This document shows positions 63,931-64,000 of a stretch of DNA of 64,000 nt, one piece after another (positions within the stretch are counted from its first letter, which is position 1; each line of letters opens with the position of its first letter). The DNA lies in assembly GCA_963631735.1 (NCBI GenBank), contig CAVGRW010000001.1, positions 21,300-85,299 on the forward strand, in the 5' to 3' direction. The DNA comes from Bacteroidaceae bacterium. Its GTDB lineage: Bacteria > Bacillota > Clostridia > Oscillospirales > Acutalibacteraceae. A program made the position numbers and the translations under genes. Below the pieces are notes generated by a model, which saw nothing but the letters and a program-made list of their open reading frames with translations, did no database searches and was not told where the DNA came from.

Positions 63931-64000
63931 TTGTGTATTGATATTGCAGATCCTCGTACATTGCCGATTTCGGCTTTTCGGTTATTTTTTCAGGATGATA
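63923..64000 (-). CDS. 3' end of an unidentified gene, truncated by the window edge
   Basis: The open frame reads ...YHPEKITEKPKSAMYEDLQYQYTNG* and ends at the TGA at 63923-63925. It is too short to identify. Confidence 0.3.
   Translation of the reverse strand, partial: YHPEKITEKPKSAMYEDLQYQYTNG

Noticed and set aside
1-64000. Mobile elements, prophage, restriction-modification, toxin-antitoxin pairs or biosynthetic gene clusters anywhere in the window.
   Set aside because: I found no transposase, integrase, recombinase, capsid/terminase, methyltransferase-endonuclease pair, PKS/NRPS or RiPP-type genes in any frame. The extreme minus-strand bias fits leading-strand core chromosome.

Overview
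The window looks like a 64-kb chromosomal segment of a spore-forming Clostridia-class Firmicute. That assignment is an inference from SpoIIR, YtfJ/GerW, DacB-like and DUF2953 genes plus Bacillus-like synteny. Coding density is very high and about 57 of 62 genes lie on the minus strand. Most of the content is core housekeeping. It includes a B. subtilis ylo-like block (yicC-remA-gmk-rpoZ-priA-def-fmt-rsmB-rlmN-stp-prkC-rsgA). It also includes scpAB, prmC, a WalRK-like two-component system, cdaA-cdaR, ispF, rnmV, holA, comEC, alaS, ygiQ and ftsK. I saw no rRNA or tRNA genes, CRISPR arrays, transposases, integrases or phage genes. Six things do not fit a routine description. (1) A 7-gene operon with its own promoter and upstream terminator (10411-19604) encodes a tail-anchored metallophosphoesterase, an MMPL transporter, a large helical lipoprotein, a GT2, a 110-aa orphan, a GH2 and a WYL regulator. 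I cannot assign it to a known pathway. (2) A zinc-ribbon/PASTA protein has every catalytic residue of its kinase domain substituted. (3) ComEC has a degenerate metallo-beta-lactamase (MBL) module, and an intact membrane-anchored ComEC-type MBL is encoded 3.6 kb away. (4) A 740-bp non-coding gap between convergent genes is packed with composite GC-rich palindromic (REP/BIME-like) units. (5) A perR-reverse rubrerythrin pair has a Fur-box-like palindrome upstream. (6) There are several small orphan ORFs and candidate operators. All calls rest on reading the translations and the DNA by eye; no searches were run.
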